From contig DATGER010000134.1 of assembly GCA_035309865.1 (NCBI GenBank), forward strand, positions 5,331-69,330: 64,000 bases of DNA. The letters run 5' to 3'. The position numbers and the translations under genes were made by a program. The stretch's first letter is position 1. Every line of letters begins with the position of its first letter. A model generated the notes under the pieces. The model was not told the DNA's origin. It worked only from the letters and a program-made list of their open reading frames with translations, and did no database searches. This document shows, piece by piece, positions 54,513-63,698 of the stretch. This DNA is from Chloroflexota bacterium (GTDB lineage: Bacteria > Chloroflexota > UBA6077 > CF-72).

Positions 54513-55613
54513 CTAGCAACCGGCACGGGACCGATAGGTCTGAATAATGTCGCCCACCAGTTGGATGTCGGCGATGGCTTCACGACCGGGCGTGATTGGT
54601 GGCTGGCCACCGCGGATACACTCGCCAAAGTGCAGCAGCTCGAGCTTGAACGGGTTGTCGTGCCACGCGTACTCGCGGCGCCACGGCGTCAGATCGGCGT
54701 CCATCCCATGCAGGGTCACGAACGACGGCAGCCCACGGGCGAACCCGGTCGGAAACGATGCCAGGACCCGCTCACGCGAGCCGTAAATCTCCAACGTCTC
54801 CTTGAAGTCCCAGAGGTCCGGCAGGTCAACCCACGTCGCCACCGCGCGCCGTTCGTCGCCGTAGTCGAGCACGGTGCTCACGCCGCGGCCCTCGAGCCAG
54901 ATCTCGGCACTCAGCACGCGCCGCGGCGGGCCGAACAGCCCGTGCAGGTTGCCGATGTCGTGGATCATGCTGCCCAGGATCAAGTTGTACGCGTGGGCAA
55001 TCGCGGGCGGAACCGCGGCGCCATCCGGGTACCCGAGCGCTTCGGCTATCAATTCCGCCTGTTGCACCTGCCAGGCGTCGCGGACGCCGCGCGGAATGTC
55101 GTCGAACCGGCGGACCTTGAACTCGTTCGTGTGCAGGTCGTTGTTCGGATGCAGGTGATTGACCTGAATGAACCGCACGTCCGCCATGTCGCGCACGCGC
55201 GCGTGCGCGAAGCGATAGGCCGGTTCGTGGCGCTTCATGTAGCCGACCATGAGCACCACGCCCGCCCGGTCGGCGGCGGCGACCATGGCCTCGGCCTCGC
55301 GCACCGTCGTGCACATGGGTTTTTCCACGAAGACGTGCTTCCCCGCCTCGGCCGCGGCGATCGTGGGCGCCGCGTGCGAGCCTGACGGGCACACGATGAC
55401 CCCGTCGACGTCGCCCAGGAGGAGCTCTCGATAGTCGAGAAATCGTCGCTCCGCGGGCACACCATAGTCGGCGCCGACGGCCTCGAGCAGCTTCGGCGAC
55501 AGGTCCGCCAGGCCGCCGATCTCGAACTGGTCGTCCAGCTCACGCAGATGCGGCAGGTGCTGGATCTGGGCGATCGCGCCACAGCCGATGACGCCAATTT
55601 TCAGTCGTGGCAT
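54513..55613 (-). CDS. Gfo/Idh/MocA family oxidoreductase
   Basis: N-terminal Rossmann motif MPRLKIGVIGCGAIAQIQHLPHL and the EKP motif (VFVEKPM). Confidence 0.85.
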   Translation of the reverse strand: MPRLKIGVIGCGAIAQIQHLPHLRELDDQFEIGGLADLSPKLLEAVGADYGVPAERRFLDYRELLLGDVDGVIVCPSGSHAAPTIAAAEAGKHVFVEKPMCTTVREAEAMVAAADRAGVVLMVGYMKRHEPAYRFAHARVRDMADVRFIQVNHLHPNNDLHTNEFKVRRFDDIPRGVRDAWQVQQAELIAEALGYPDGAAVPPAIAHAYNLILGSMIHDIGNLHGLFGPPRRVLSAEIWLEGRGVSTVLDYGDERRAVATWVDLPDLWDFKETLEIYGSRERVLASFPTGFARGLPSFVTLHGMDADLTPWRREYAWHDNPFKLELLHFGECIRGGQPPITPGREAIADIQLVGDIIQTYRSRAGC

Positions 55614-55619
55614 GCTGTC

Positions 55620-56480
55620 TCAGCTCAACCTCGCGATCAGCTTGGGGTCCAGGAAGTCGCGCAACGCGTCGCCCAGCAGGTTGGCTGCCAGCACCGTGAG
55701 CGCGATGGCTGCCCCTGGGAAAATGACGAGCCACCACGGCGGTTGAAACGACTGCGCGAGCACTCCGCCGAGCATGTTACCCAGGCTCGGCGTCGGCGGC
55801 GGCACGCCCACGCCCAGGAAGCTCAGCGCAGCTTCGGCGAAGATCGCCGTCCCCAGGTTGAGGGTGGCGATCACGGCCACCGGTGCGAAGCACTGCGGCG
55901 CGATCTGATGCACCATGATCCGCCCGGGCGAGGCGCCGATGCAGCGGGCGGCCTCCACGTACTGGCTCTGCTTGACCGACAGGACCACCGACCGCGTGAT
56001 GCGGGTGGCCAGCGGAACCTGGGTGACGCCCACGGCGACAATGACCGTGCCGAGTCCGGGTCGCAGCGCCACCGACAACAACATCGCCAGGATCAGCGTC
56101 GGAAACGACGACAGGACTTCGATCAAGCGCTGGCTCAGCAGGTCGAAGGCGCCGGCGAGGTAGCCGCTGCTGACGCCCCAGATCAGTCCAACCGACACGC
56201 CCAGCACGATCGATGCGACGCTCACCAGCAGACTCACGCGCAAGCCGTACAGAATGCGGGTCAGCACGTCGCGGCCGAGGCTGTCGGTGCCGAGCCAGTG
56301 CTGCGCTGTCGGCGGCAAGCGCGAGACGGCGTAGTCGTTGTGAAGCGCGTCGTACGGGGCGATCTGGGCGGCAAAGACGGCGACCAGGACCGCCGCCACC
56401 AGCAGCAGCGCGGCGGCGGCCCCGAGTGGCGACGATCGAGCGAAGCGCACTAGGCGTAGCGAATGCGGGGGTCGATCCAC
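55620..56480 (-). CDS. ABC transporter permease (DppC/OppC type)
   Basis: Six TM helices. The EAA-like loop YVEAARCIGASPGRIMVHQIAPQ. The start may be downstream of 56480, because of a 31-nt overlap with the upstream permease. Confidence 0.85.
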   Translation of the reverse strand: MDRPPHSLRLVRFARSSPLGAAAALLLVAAVLVAVFAAQIAPYDALHNDYAVSRLPPTAQHWLGTDSLGRDVLTRILYGLRVSLLVSVASIVLGVSVGLIWGVSSGYLAGAFDLLSQRLIEVLSSFPTLILAMLLSVALRPGLGTVIVAVGVTQVPLATRITRSVVLSVKQSQYVEAARCIGASPGRIMVHQIAPQCFAPVAVIATLNLGTAIFAEAALSFLGVGVPPPTPSLGNMLGGVLAQSFQPPWWLVIFPGAAIALTVLAANLLGDALRDFLDPKLIARLS

Positions 56481-57409
56481 GCGTAGCTGAGGTCCACGAT
56501 CACGTTGACCAGCACGGCAATGACGCCGTAGATGAGCACCAGGTTCTGAATCACCATCCAGTCACGCGCGTTCTGCGCCTGCACGAGATAGGCGCCGAGG
56601 CCGGGCACGCCGAACGCCGTCTCGGTGGCCACGGCGCCGCCGATCAGCGCCCCGATAGCGGCACCTGAAGCCGTGACAACCGGCAGCAGGGCATTGCGCA
56701 GCACATGCCGCGTGACCACCGCGCTTTCCACCAGGCCTTTCGAGCGCGCCGTTCGAACATAGTCGTCGTGGAGCGCCTCGAGCACCGACGAGCGGGTCAA
56801 ACGTGCCAGGCCGGCGGCCAGGCCGACTCCGAGCGCCAGCGCCGGCCCGACCACCATCTGCAGATTCGTGACCGGATCCTGCCACAGCTCGGCAATGACC
56901 AGCGGCGGCCGCCACGTGAACGCCAGCACCAGCATCAGGACCATTGCCAGCCCGATCCAGAAGCTCGGGATCGCCAGGAACATCGTCATCCCCAGGCGCA
57001 CGAGGTAGTCGGGCCAGGCGTTGCGCCGCGTGGCGCTCAGGATGCCCGCCGGCACCCCGACGAGCCAGGACAGCAGCACCGCCAGCACGCCGATTTCGAG
57101 CGAGATCGCGCCGCGGCGGAGGACGGTCTCGGAGATCGGCTCCGGGTTCCAGAACGAGTGGCCGAGATCACCGCGAGCGACGTCGGCCATCCAGTTCAGG
57201 TATTGCTCGGGCAACGGTCGGTCCAGGCCCAGGCTGGCGCGCGCGTCGGCGAGCTCCTGCTCGCTCAGTCGGTACTGTCCCTGGCCTTCGCTGGCGATTT
57301 GTGCCAACGGGTCACCCGGCAAGACGCGCATGGCGATGAAAATCAGCACCGTGATGCCGAACAACGTTGGCACTGCCAGCGCCAGGCGCCGCAGAAGATA
57401 GCGCTGCAT
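56450..57409 (-). CDS. ABC transporter permease (DppB/OppB type)
   Basis: MQRYLLRRLALAVPTLFGITVLIF... N-terminus and the EAA loop YVRTARSKGLVESAVVTRHVLRNAL. Confidence 0.85.
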   Translation of the reverse strand: MQRYLLRRLALAVPTLFGITVLIFIAMRVLPGDPLAQIASEGQGQYRLSEQELADARASLGLDRPLPEQYLNWMADVARGDLGHSFWNPEPISETVLRRGAISLEIGVLAVLLSWLVGVPAGILSATRRNAWPDYLVRLGMTMFLAIPSFWIGLAMVLMLVLAFTWRPPLVIAELWQDPVTNLQMVVGPALALGVGLAAGLARLTRSSVLEALHDDYVRTARSKGLVESAVVTRHVLRNALLPVVTASGAAIGALIGGAVATETAFGVPGLGAYLVQAQNARDWMVIQNLVLIYGVIAVLVNVIVDLSYAWIDPRIRYA

Positions 57410-57418
57410 GCGGCTGCG

Positions 57419-59266
57419 TCAGGTGTCGAGCCAGGCCACCTCAACCCGGCCCCACTCGCTCTGGACTCGCTTGTCGAGCGCGAAGCCCTTGACGTTGGCG
57501 CGCCACATCAGCAGGTGATCGGTGAAACCGATGAACAGCCACGGCGGGTCCTGGTCGAGCATGTCCTGCATCTGATCGAGCATCGCCCGCCGCTTCGTTG
57601 TGTCGAGCTCACGGTCCGACTGCTTGAGCAGGTCATCGAACTTCGGGTTGCTATACGCGCCGAAGTTCTGCGAGCCACCCGTCTTGAAGTAGGTGTTGGC
57701 CAGCGGCCCGAAGTCCGAGATCGGTCCGGATGGCGTGTCCAGCACCAGCGTGAACCGCCCGGCCTTTTGGTCCTCGACCAGCAGCGAGCGCTCCGCGACG
57801 CGGATGGTGACGTCCAGCCCGAGCGCGGTCTTGAGCTGATCCTGGATGGCCGGCGCCATGATCTCGGCGTGCGGCGGGACCGAGGCGGAGAGCAGCTCGA
57901 CCGGTACGCCGCTCGCCAAGCCGGCGTCAGCCAGCAGTCTGCGGGCGTCGGCCAGATCTTGCGTTTTGTCCAGACGATAGCCGGGCAGGGTGGCGATGGT
58001 GGCCTGCGGAGTCGCGAATTCGCCGCCGTGTGGCACCCAGCGCGACAGATCGATCTGCTCCTGGGTGATGAACGCCTGGATCAGGCCCTGGCGATTCAAC
58101 GCCAGGTGGACCGCGCGGCGCACGCGTGGGTCGTCGAACGGCTTGACCCGGGTGTTGATGATGACCTGGTACGCGCCGAAGGTGGTCACCCGATTCGTGC
58201 GGATGGCGTCGGTCCGCTTGGCGCCCTCGTCCCAGGTCTCCTTCGACACGTTCCAGGACAGGTCGGCCTGACTGGTCAGCACGGCGGTCCCGCGGTCCGA
58301 CCAGGCCGCCGCGTGGATCATCTCGACCGCATCGAGATACGGCAGCTCGGGGTTCCAGTAATTGGGGTTCCGCACGAGCGTCCACTTCTCGCTGTCTTTG
58401 TATTCCTTGAACATGAACGGCCCGGTGCCGGGCGCGACCTGGACCTTGCGCAGGTCGTTGTTGTTGGCGTCCAGCGTCTTTTTCGAGTAGATGCCCTGGG
58501 TCAGGTCGGTCAGCAGTAGCAGAAAGACCGCCGACGGCTCGCTCAGCGTGAACTTCACCGTCAGCGGATCGACCGCCTCGATCTTCGAGACCGTCGAGTA
58601 GCGGTCTTTGACGAGACTGACCACGCCCGACGGCGGAAAGATCATGCGGTTGTACGTCGCCACCACGTCGTCCGCGGTCAGCGGCGTGCCGTCGTGGAAC
58701 TTGACGCCGTGGCGCAGTGTGAACGTGTACGCCAGACCGTCGGGGGCCACCTCGTAGCGCTCGGCAATGTCCGGAACGATCGTCTTCAGGCCGTCGACCG
58801 GATTGAGACGCACCAGGTTGCTGTACAGCTGGCACAGCACGCTGGCGTTGGCGCCCTGCTGCAGGTCGTAGTTGGAGGTGGTGATGCCGAAGGCGATCCG
58901 CAGCGTGCCGCCCTTTTTCGGATTGGGATCCGCCGACGTGAGCCGGCCGAGGTCGACGGTCGCGGGTGCGGCCGTGACGCCCGCGGCCGGGGCGGCGGCG
59001 GCAGGGACCGCGGTCGGCGCCTGCGCCGGGGCCGGGGCGGGCAGCGTGGCACGGGTTGGCAGCGCCGTGGGCGCGGCGGGCGGCGGTGCCGCGGTCGGCG
59101 GTGCCGCGGCTGGCGGCGTGGCCGGGCCGCACGCCGCCAGGAACGTGGCGATGGTGCCGCTGGCGAAACCGAGCGCGCTCAGCCGCTGGACAAACTGCCG
59201 CCGGCTGAGCTTGCCGGTGCGCAGCGATTCAAAAACAGCCAGGCTCCGCGGATCTAACGACGACAT
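57419..59266 (-). CDS. ABC transporter substrate-binding protein, family 5 (peptide/nickel/oligosaccharide type)
   Basis: Start moved to ATG 59266. Tat-like/lipobox signal SRRQFVQRLSALGFASGTIATFLAACGP, then a long Ala/Pro linker and an SBP_bac_5 body (GGTLRIAF..., FHDGTPLTADDV...). Confidence 0.85.
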   Translation of the reverse strand: MSSLDPRSLAVFESLRTGKLSRRQFVQRLSALGFASGTIATFLAACGPATPPAAAPPTAAPPPAAPTALPTRATLPAPAPAQAPTAVPAAAAPAAGVTAAPATVDLGRLTSADPNPKKGGTLRIAFGITTSNYDLQQGANASVLCQLYSNLVRLNPVDGLKTIVPDIAERYEVAPDGLAYTFTLRHGVKFHDGTPLTADDVVATYNRMIFPPSGVVSLVKDRYSTVSKIEAVDPLTVKFTLSEPSAVFLLLLTDLTQGIYSKKTLDANNNDLRKVQVAPGTGPFMFKEYKDSEKWTLVRNPNYWNPELPYLDAVEMIHAAAWSDRGTAVLTSQADLSWNVSKETWDEGAKRTDAIRTNRVTTFGAYQVIINTRVKPFDDPRVRRAVHLALNRQGLIQAFITQEQIDLSRWVPHGGEFATPQATIATLPGYRLDKTQDLADARRLLADAGLASGVPVELLSASVPPHAEIMAPAIQDQLKTALGLDVTIRVAERSLLVEDQKAGRFTLVLDTPSGPISDFGPLANTYFKTGGSQNFGAYSNPKFDDLLKQSDRELDTTKRRAMLDQMQDMLDQDPPWLFIGFTDHLLMWRANVKGFALDKRVQSEWGRVEVAWLDT

Positions 59267-59313
59267 GTGCGCATTCCCCCGCGCGCCCCACGCTATCACG
59301 GCCGGGCGCCGGC

Positions 59314-60474
59314 TCACCAGTTCGTGTACGACCCGTCGCGGCGATGCAGGTGGGGCGCCTCCCAGAAGCGGAACTCCTGCTGGGCGGCCTTCGTCTCGTC
59401 GAACTCCACCCCCAGCCCTGGCGAGTCCGGTACGCGAAAGCGATTGCCCTCGAGGCGCGGTTGCACGGGAAAGAGCGCCGAGTTGTCGAAACCAAGCTGT
59501 TCGGTCGGCGACGTGCGAACCTCGAGCCAGGCGAAGTTGGTCACGGCCGCCGCAAGATGGATCGTCGCCGCCGTGCAGATCGGGCCCAGCGGATTGTGCG
59601 GCATCAGGTCGAGGTAGTGTGCTTCGGCCCAGCCGGCGACTTTCAGCGCCTCGGTCAGCCCGCCCACGTTGCACACGTCGACGCGGATGAAGTTGCTCAG
59701 GCCCTGTTCGATGAACGGCACAAACGCCCACTTGCTGGCGAACTCCTCGCCGATCGCAAACGGCACGTCGGTCATGCTGCGCAGCGCGGTGTAGGCCTCC
59801 GGGCTCTCGGCGCGAATGGGCTCTTCGAGGAAGTCGAGCGTCCCGCGCGGCATCCGCTGACAGAACGAGGCGGCCTCGGGCACGCTGAGGCGGTGGTGAT
59901 AGTCGATCCCCAGCACCGGGGCTGGTCCAACTGACTCCCGCAGTCGGATAAGCCACTCGGCGGTCACGCCAATCGACTCGCGCGGTTCGAACAGCGTCTC
60001 GTCGCCCTGGCGGTCGGGATGGCCGGGGGTGGTGCGGATGACGTTCCAGCCACGCTCGAGCAGCAGGTGGGCATCTTCGAGCAGTTGCGGGCCCATCGGG
60101 GCGGCCGTGGTCGCGAAACAGGGGACGAAGTCGCGGTGTTTGCCGCCCAGCAACTGATACACCGGTACGCCGAGCGCTTTACCGGCGATGTCGTGCAGCG
60201 CGATGTCGATGGCCGAGATGGCGCCGGTCAGGACTCGGCCGCCCTCGAAGTACTGGCTACGATACATCTCTTGCCACAGTGCCCCGCGGCGCATCGGGTC
60301 TTTGCCCAGCAGAAACTCGCGGTAGTGTCGGATCGCGCCCACCACCGCCAGCTCGCGCCCGGACACGCCCGCCTCCCCCCAGCCGATCAACCCGGCGTCG
60401 GTCTCGACCTTCACGACGAGCTGGTTTCTCGACCCGACCCACGTCGGAAACGTTTTGATGTCAACGATCTGCAT
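59314..60474 (-). CDS. Enolase-superfamily acid-sugar dehydratase (D-galactonate dehydratase DgoD-like)
   Basis: MQIVDIKTF...VVKVETDAGLIGWGEAGVSGRE...AISAIDIALHDIAGKALGVPVYQLLGG, HNPLGPI, and the C-terminal ...HLHRRDGSYTNW parallels DgoD ...WRHEDGSVAEW. Confidence 0.8.
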   Translation of the reverse strand: MQIVDIKTFPTWVGSRNQLVVKVETDAGLIGWGEAGVSGRELAVVGAIRHYREFLLGKDPMRRGALWQEMYRSQYFEGGRVLTGAISAIDIALHDIAGKALGVPVYQLLGGKHRDFVPCFATTAAPMGPQLLEDAHLLLERGWNVIRTTPGHPDRQGDETLFEPRESIGVTAEWLIRLRESVGPAPVLGIDYHHRLSVPEAASFCQRMPRGTLDFLEEPIRAESPEAYTALRSMTDVPFAIGEEFASKWAFVPFIEQGLSNFIRVDVCNVGGLTEALKVAGWAEAHYLDLMPHNPLGPICTAATIHLAAAVTNFAWLEVRTSPTEQLGFDNSALFPVQPRLEGNRFRVPDSPGLGVEFDETKAAQQEFRFWEAPHLHRRDGSYTNW

Positions 60475-60521
60475 GCATGCGTCATCGTAGCCACCACGCG
60501 CGGCGCGGCTAAAATCCTCCT

Positions 60522-61988
60522 ATGGCAACCACCGTACGGGTGCGCAAGAACGTCTGGAAACTGCCTGATTGGGATCCGATCATCGACTGGTACGCCAGGG
60601 CGATTGCTGAGATGCAGACGCGTCCGCTGAGCGATCCGACGAGCTGGCGTTACCAGGCCGCCATCCACGACTACAGTCGTGGCTCCGACCCCAACGCGTC
60701 GCGGACTGACAAGCTCCCATCGACGGGCGACCAACAGACGTTCTGGGCGCAATGCCAGCACGGCAGCTGGTACTTTCTGCCGTGGCACCGGATGTACCTG
60801 GCGTACTTCGAGCAGGTGGTCGCGGCCACGGTCCAGCACCTGGGCGGTCCGGCTGACTGGGCGCTGCCGTACTGGAACTACAGCGATCCGACCAACCCGA
60901 AGGCGCGCACGCTGCCACCTGCGTTCCGCGCCCCGACGATGCCGAATGGGAAACCCAATCCACTCCGCATCCCCTCACGCGTTCGGGGCAACAGCGGCAA
61001 CGACGTGACGACCGCCGCCGGCGTCAGCGTCGCGGCCCTCAAGGACCAGTGGTTCGCCGCGCAAGCGACCGGGGGTGACCCGGGGTTCGGCGGGCCGGTG
61101 ACGCTCTTCCACCACAACGCTGGCCCGGCCGGGGCACTCGAGGTCACGCCGCACGGCAGCATTCACGTCGCGGTCGGCGGGTTTATGGGCGCCTTCAACA
61201 CCGCCGGGCTGGACCCGATCTTCTGGCTGCATCATTGCAACCTCGACCGGCTGTGGGTTGTCTGGCGCAAACGCAATCCGCAGCATGTGGACCCGGTCGA
61301 CCCGAAGTGGCTGACGTCGCTGAGCTTCAAACTCCACGACGCCACGGGCGCCCCGGTGACGCTCACCCCCGCGCAGGTGGTTGACACGACGGCGGCGCCG
61401 CTCAGCTATCAATACGACGATGTATCGGACCCGTTTGCCGGAGCACCAACGCTTCTAGAAGGTGTCGCCATGGAGCCACCGCCGCCACATCCAATTCCCG
61501 AAATGGTCGGCGCTACCGACAGCGCCGTCGCGCTCGAAGGGCAGCAGACGACCACGCAGCTGGCAGTGACGCAGCCGACTGGACCGGCGCGGTCGCTCGT
61601 CGGCGGGACCCCGGACCGGCGTGTGTACCTCAACATCGAGAACATTACTGGCAGTGGCGCGCCGACTTCGTATGGCGTGTACGTGAATCTACCGCCGGGC
61701 GCCAGTCCAGCCGACCACCCGGAGCTCTACGCCGGGCTGCTGCCCATGTTCGGTGTCGCCGAGGCGTCGCGCGCCGACGCGAATTCGCCTGGCAACGGGT
61801 TGCATTACGCGCTGGAGATCGGCGACCTCGTCCGCACGCTGGAAGCCCGCGGCGATTGGGACCCGAGCAAGCTGCAGGTCACGTTCGTGCCCGAAGAGAT
61901 CGAGCCCGATCAGCCCGAGCCAGGCTTCGCCGCGCTCATCGCGAAAGCACCGATCACCGTGGGCCGCGTCAGCCTCTACTACGCGTGA
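60522..61988 (+). CDS. Tyrosinase/polyphenol oxidase (type-3 copper) with a C-terminal cap-like domain
   Basis: CuA: H49 ... C78-Q-H80-x8-H89 (AQCQHGSWYFLPWHRMYL). CuB: HGSIHVAVGG...DPIFWLHHCNLDRLW. A ~200-aa C-terminal extension (RVYLNIENITGSG...YGVYVNLP...). No signal peptide seen. Confidence 0.85.
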   Translation: MATTVRVRKNVWKLPDWDPIIDWYARAIAEMQTRPLSDPTSWRYQAAIHDYSRGSDPNASRTDKLPSTGDQQTFWAQCQHGSWYFLPWHRMYLAYFEQVVAATVQHLGGPADWALPYWNYSDPTNPKARTLPPAFRAPTMPNGKPNPLRIPSRVRGNSGNDVTTAAGVSVAALKDQWFAAQATGGDPGFGGPVTLFHHNAGPAGALEVTPHGSIHVAVGGFMGAFNTAGLDPIFWLHHCNLDRLWVVWRKRNPQHVDPVDPKWLTSLSFKLHDATGAPVTLTPAQVVDTTAAPLSYQYDDVSDPFAGAPTLLEGVAMEPPPPHPIPEMVGATDSAVALEGQQTTTQLAVTQPTGPARSLVGGTPDRRVYLNIENITGSGAPTSYGVYVNLPPGASPADHPELYAGLLPMFGVAEASRADANSPGNGLHYALEIGDLVRTLEARGDWDPSKLQVTFVPEEIEPDQPEPGFAALIAKAPITVGRVSLYYA

Positions 61989-62702
61989 TTGATTGAGTGC
62001 AACCGAGCTATGAGGGTCTCCACTGCTGCGGTGCGGTGGTGTTGGCCGGAGTGGTGGAGTCTGGCTTTGAGCGCAGTCGCGTGGTTGGTGCTGGTCGGGC
62101 ACGCGTTGCTGGATCCAACGGGGCACCACCCACCGGGGCGGGCGGAGATCATTGGCATCTGGCTACTGATGGTGCTCGCCATGATGGTGCCGCTGCAGCG
62201 GTTCTCCATCCGCCTGACCGCGACGCGCAGTTTGTGGCGGCGGCGCGAGCGCGCCATCGCGGGCTTCCTCGTCGGGTATCTCAGCCCGTGGCTGATCGTC
62301 GGTGCGTCAGTCGCGGCGCTTGACGTCAGCGCCACGCGCAACCCGTGGCTGGGCGGCCTCGGCTTTGCCATCGCGGCCGTCTGGCAACTGACGCCCGCCA
62401 AAGCAACGGCGCTGCGGGCCTGCCATCGGTCCGTACCACTCGCGCCGCACGGCTGGCGCGCGGATCGGGACTGTTTCCGCTTCGGGTGGCTCACCGGCAA
62501 GAGCTGTCTGGTCAGTTGCTGGGCGCTGATCCTGGCCTGCGTGCTCGCCGGCCACAGCCTGGCGGCCATGGCGTGCGTCAGCGTCATCGCGTTCGCCGAA
62601 CGGTACGCCATTCGGCCGCGGCAAAAGGCGCCGTTCAGCCCGCTCCTGGGCGCGGCGCTGGTCTATGGGATTCTGGGCCTGAGCGGCCTCCAGTTCGGGT
62701 AG
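61989..62702 (+). CDS. DUF2182-like predicted metal-binding integral membrane protein
   Basis: Starts on the nucleotide after the tyrosinase stop (TTG 61989; an alternative is ATG 62010). Multi-TM with MVLAMMVPLQ and GKSCLVSCWALILACVLAGHSLAAMACVSVIAFAERY, matching the M-rich and C..CW...E[KR] features I recall for DUF2182. Confidence 0.6.
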   Translation: MIECNRAMRVSTAAVRWCWPEWWSLALSAVAWLVLVGHALLDPTGHHPPGRAEIIGIWLLMVLAMMVPLQRFSIRLTATRSLWRRRERAIAGFLVGYLSPWLIVGASVAALDVSATRNPWLGGLGFAIAAVWQLTPAKATALRACHRSVPLAPHGWRADRDCFRFGWLTGKSCLVSCWALILACVLAGHSLAAMACVSVIAFAERYAIRPRQKAPFSPLLGAALVYGILGLSGLQFG

Positions 62703-62713
62703 CATGGCGCCCG

Positions 62714-63544
62714 ATGGCCAACCTGGTGGTGAGTCTGTCTGACCTGGACGCGCTGGACAACGCGCGGCTCATCGACGCGCGGTGGAAACTGGGCGCGCCA
62801 GACGCCGGCCGAGCGATGTTCGAGCACGGTCACATTCCCGGCGCGGTCTACGTGGATATGGACCAGGACCTGGCCGATCCGCCGGGCATCGGCGGGCGGC
62901 ATCCGCTGCCGAGCGTCGAGCGTTTCGAGCAGGCCATGTCACGCGCCGGCGTGGCCGCCGAGACATTCGTGGTGGCGTACGACGACGGCGGCGCGGGCGC
63001 GGCCCGCTTGTGGTGGCTGCTGCGCCACTTCGGACACCCGGGCGTCGCCGTCCTGGATGGCGGCTTCCCGGCGTGGGCGGCCAGCGGACGGCCGGTCGAG
63101 ACGGGCCCGGGCAGAGCGGCTGCGCAGACGCACTTTCACGCCATACCCCGCGCGGACGACTTGGTGGCAGACACTGATGCGCTGCGCCACGCGCTCGACC
63201 ACGCCGAAATCCATCTGCTGGACGCGCGCGCGCCCGAGCGCTGGCGTGGGGACGTCGAGCCGGTCGATCGCATCCCCGGGCGGATCCCGGGCGCGATCAG
63301 CGCGCCCGCCGCGGACAACCTGCGCAGCGCCGCCTTCCGATCCCCCGACGAGCTCCGACGCCAGTACGAAGCGCTCGGCGTCCTCGACGGCAAGCCCATC
63401 GTCGTGGCGTGCGGCTCAGGCGTGAGCGCGTGCGTCGATCTCGTGGCCCTCGAACTGGCCGGCATCACCGGTGCCAGGCTCTTTCCCGCCTCGTATTCGG
63501 GCTGGCTCGCCCGCGGACTCCCGGTCCAGACTGGCCCGGCCTGA
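62714..63544 (+). CDS. Tandem-rhodanese sulfurtransferase (3-mercaptopyruvate/thiosulfate sulfurtransferase)
   Basis: Start at ATG 62714 within ORF 62345..63544. HIPGAVYVDM, RWRGDVEP...GRIPGA and the active-site loop VVACGSGVSAC (MST-type CGSGVTA). Confidence 0.85.
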   Translation: MANLVVSLSDLDALDNARLIDARWKLGAPDAGRAMFEHGHIPGAVYVDMDQDLADPPGIGGRHPLPSVERFEQAMSRAGVAAETFVVAYDDGGAGAARLWWLLRHFGHPGVAVLDGGFPAWAASGRPVETGPGRAAAQTHFHAIPRADDLVADTDALRHALDHAEIHLLDARAPERWRGDVEPVDRIPGRIPGAISAPAADNLRSAAFRSPDELRRQYEALGVLDGKPIVVACGSGVSACVDLVALELAGITGARLFPASYSGWLARGLPVQTGPA

Positions 63545-63698
63545 CCCGCGCACGGCGACAGATCGGCTGACTCGCTGGTCTCGCTCCGGGTCGTCGATCG
63601 TTTTTTTGGACGCACCGAGCACCTGACGGGCTTGATGGCCCACGCCGCCCTGTCGCGCTCGAGCGTTACAGCCGTGTGGCACACTCTGGGACAGTACG

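Noticed and set aside
63600-63625. T7 run (gatcgtttttttgga) as an intrinsic terminator after the sulfurtransferase gene.
   Set aside because: The T-run is striking in this GC context, but I could only draw a weak 5-bp stem (gatcg/cgatc) upstream. That is insufficient to call a terminator.
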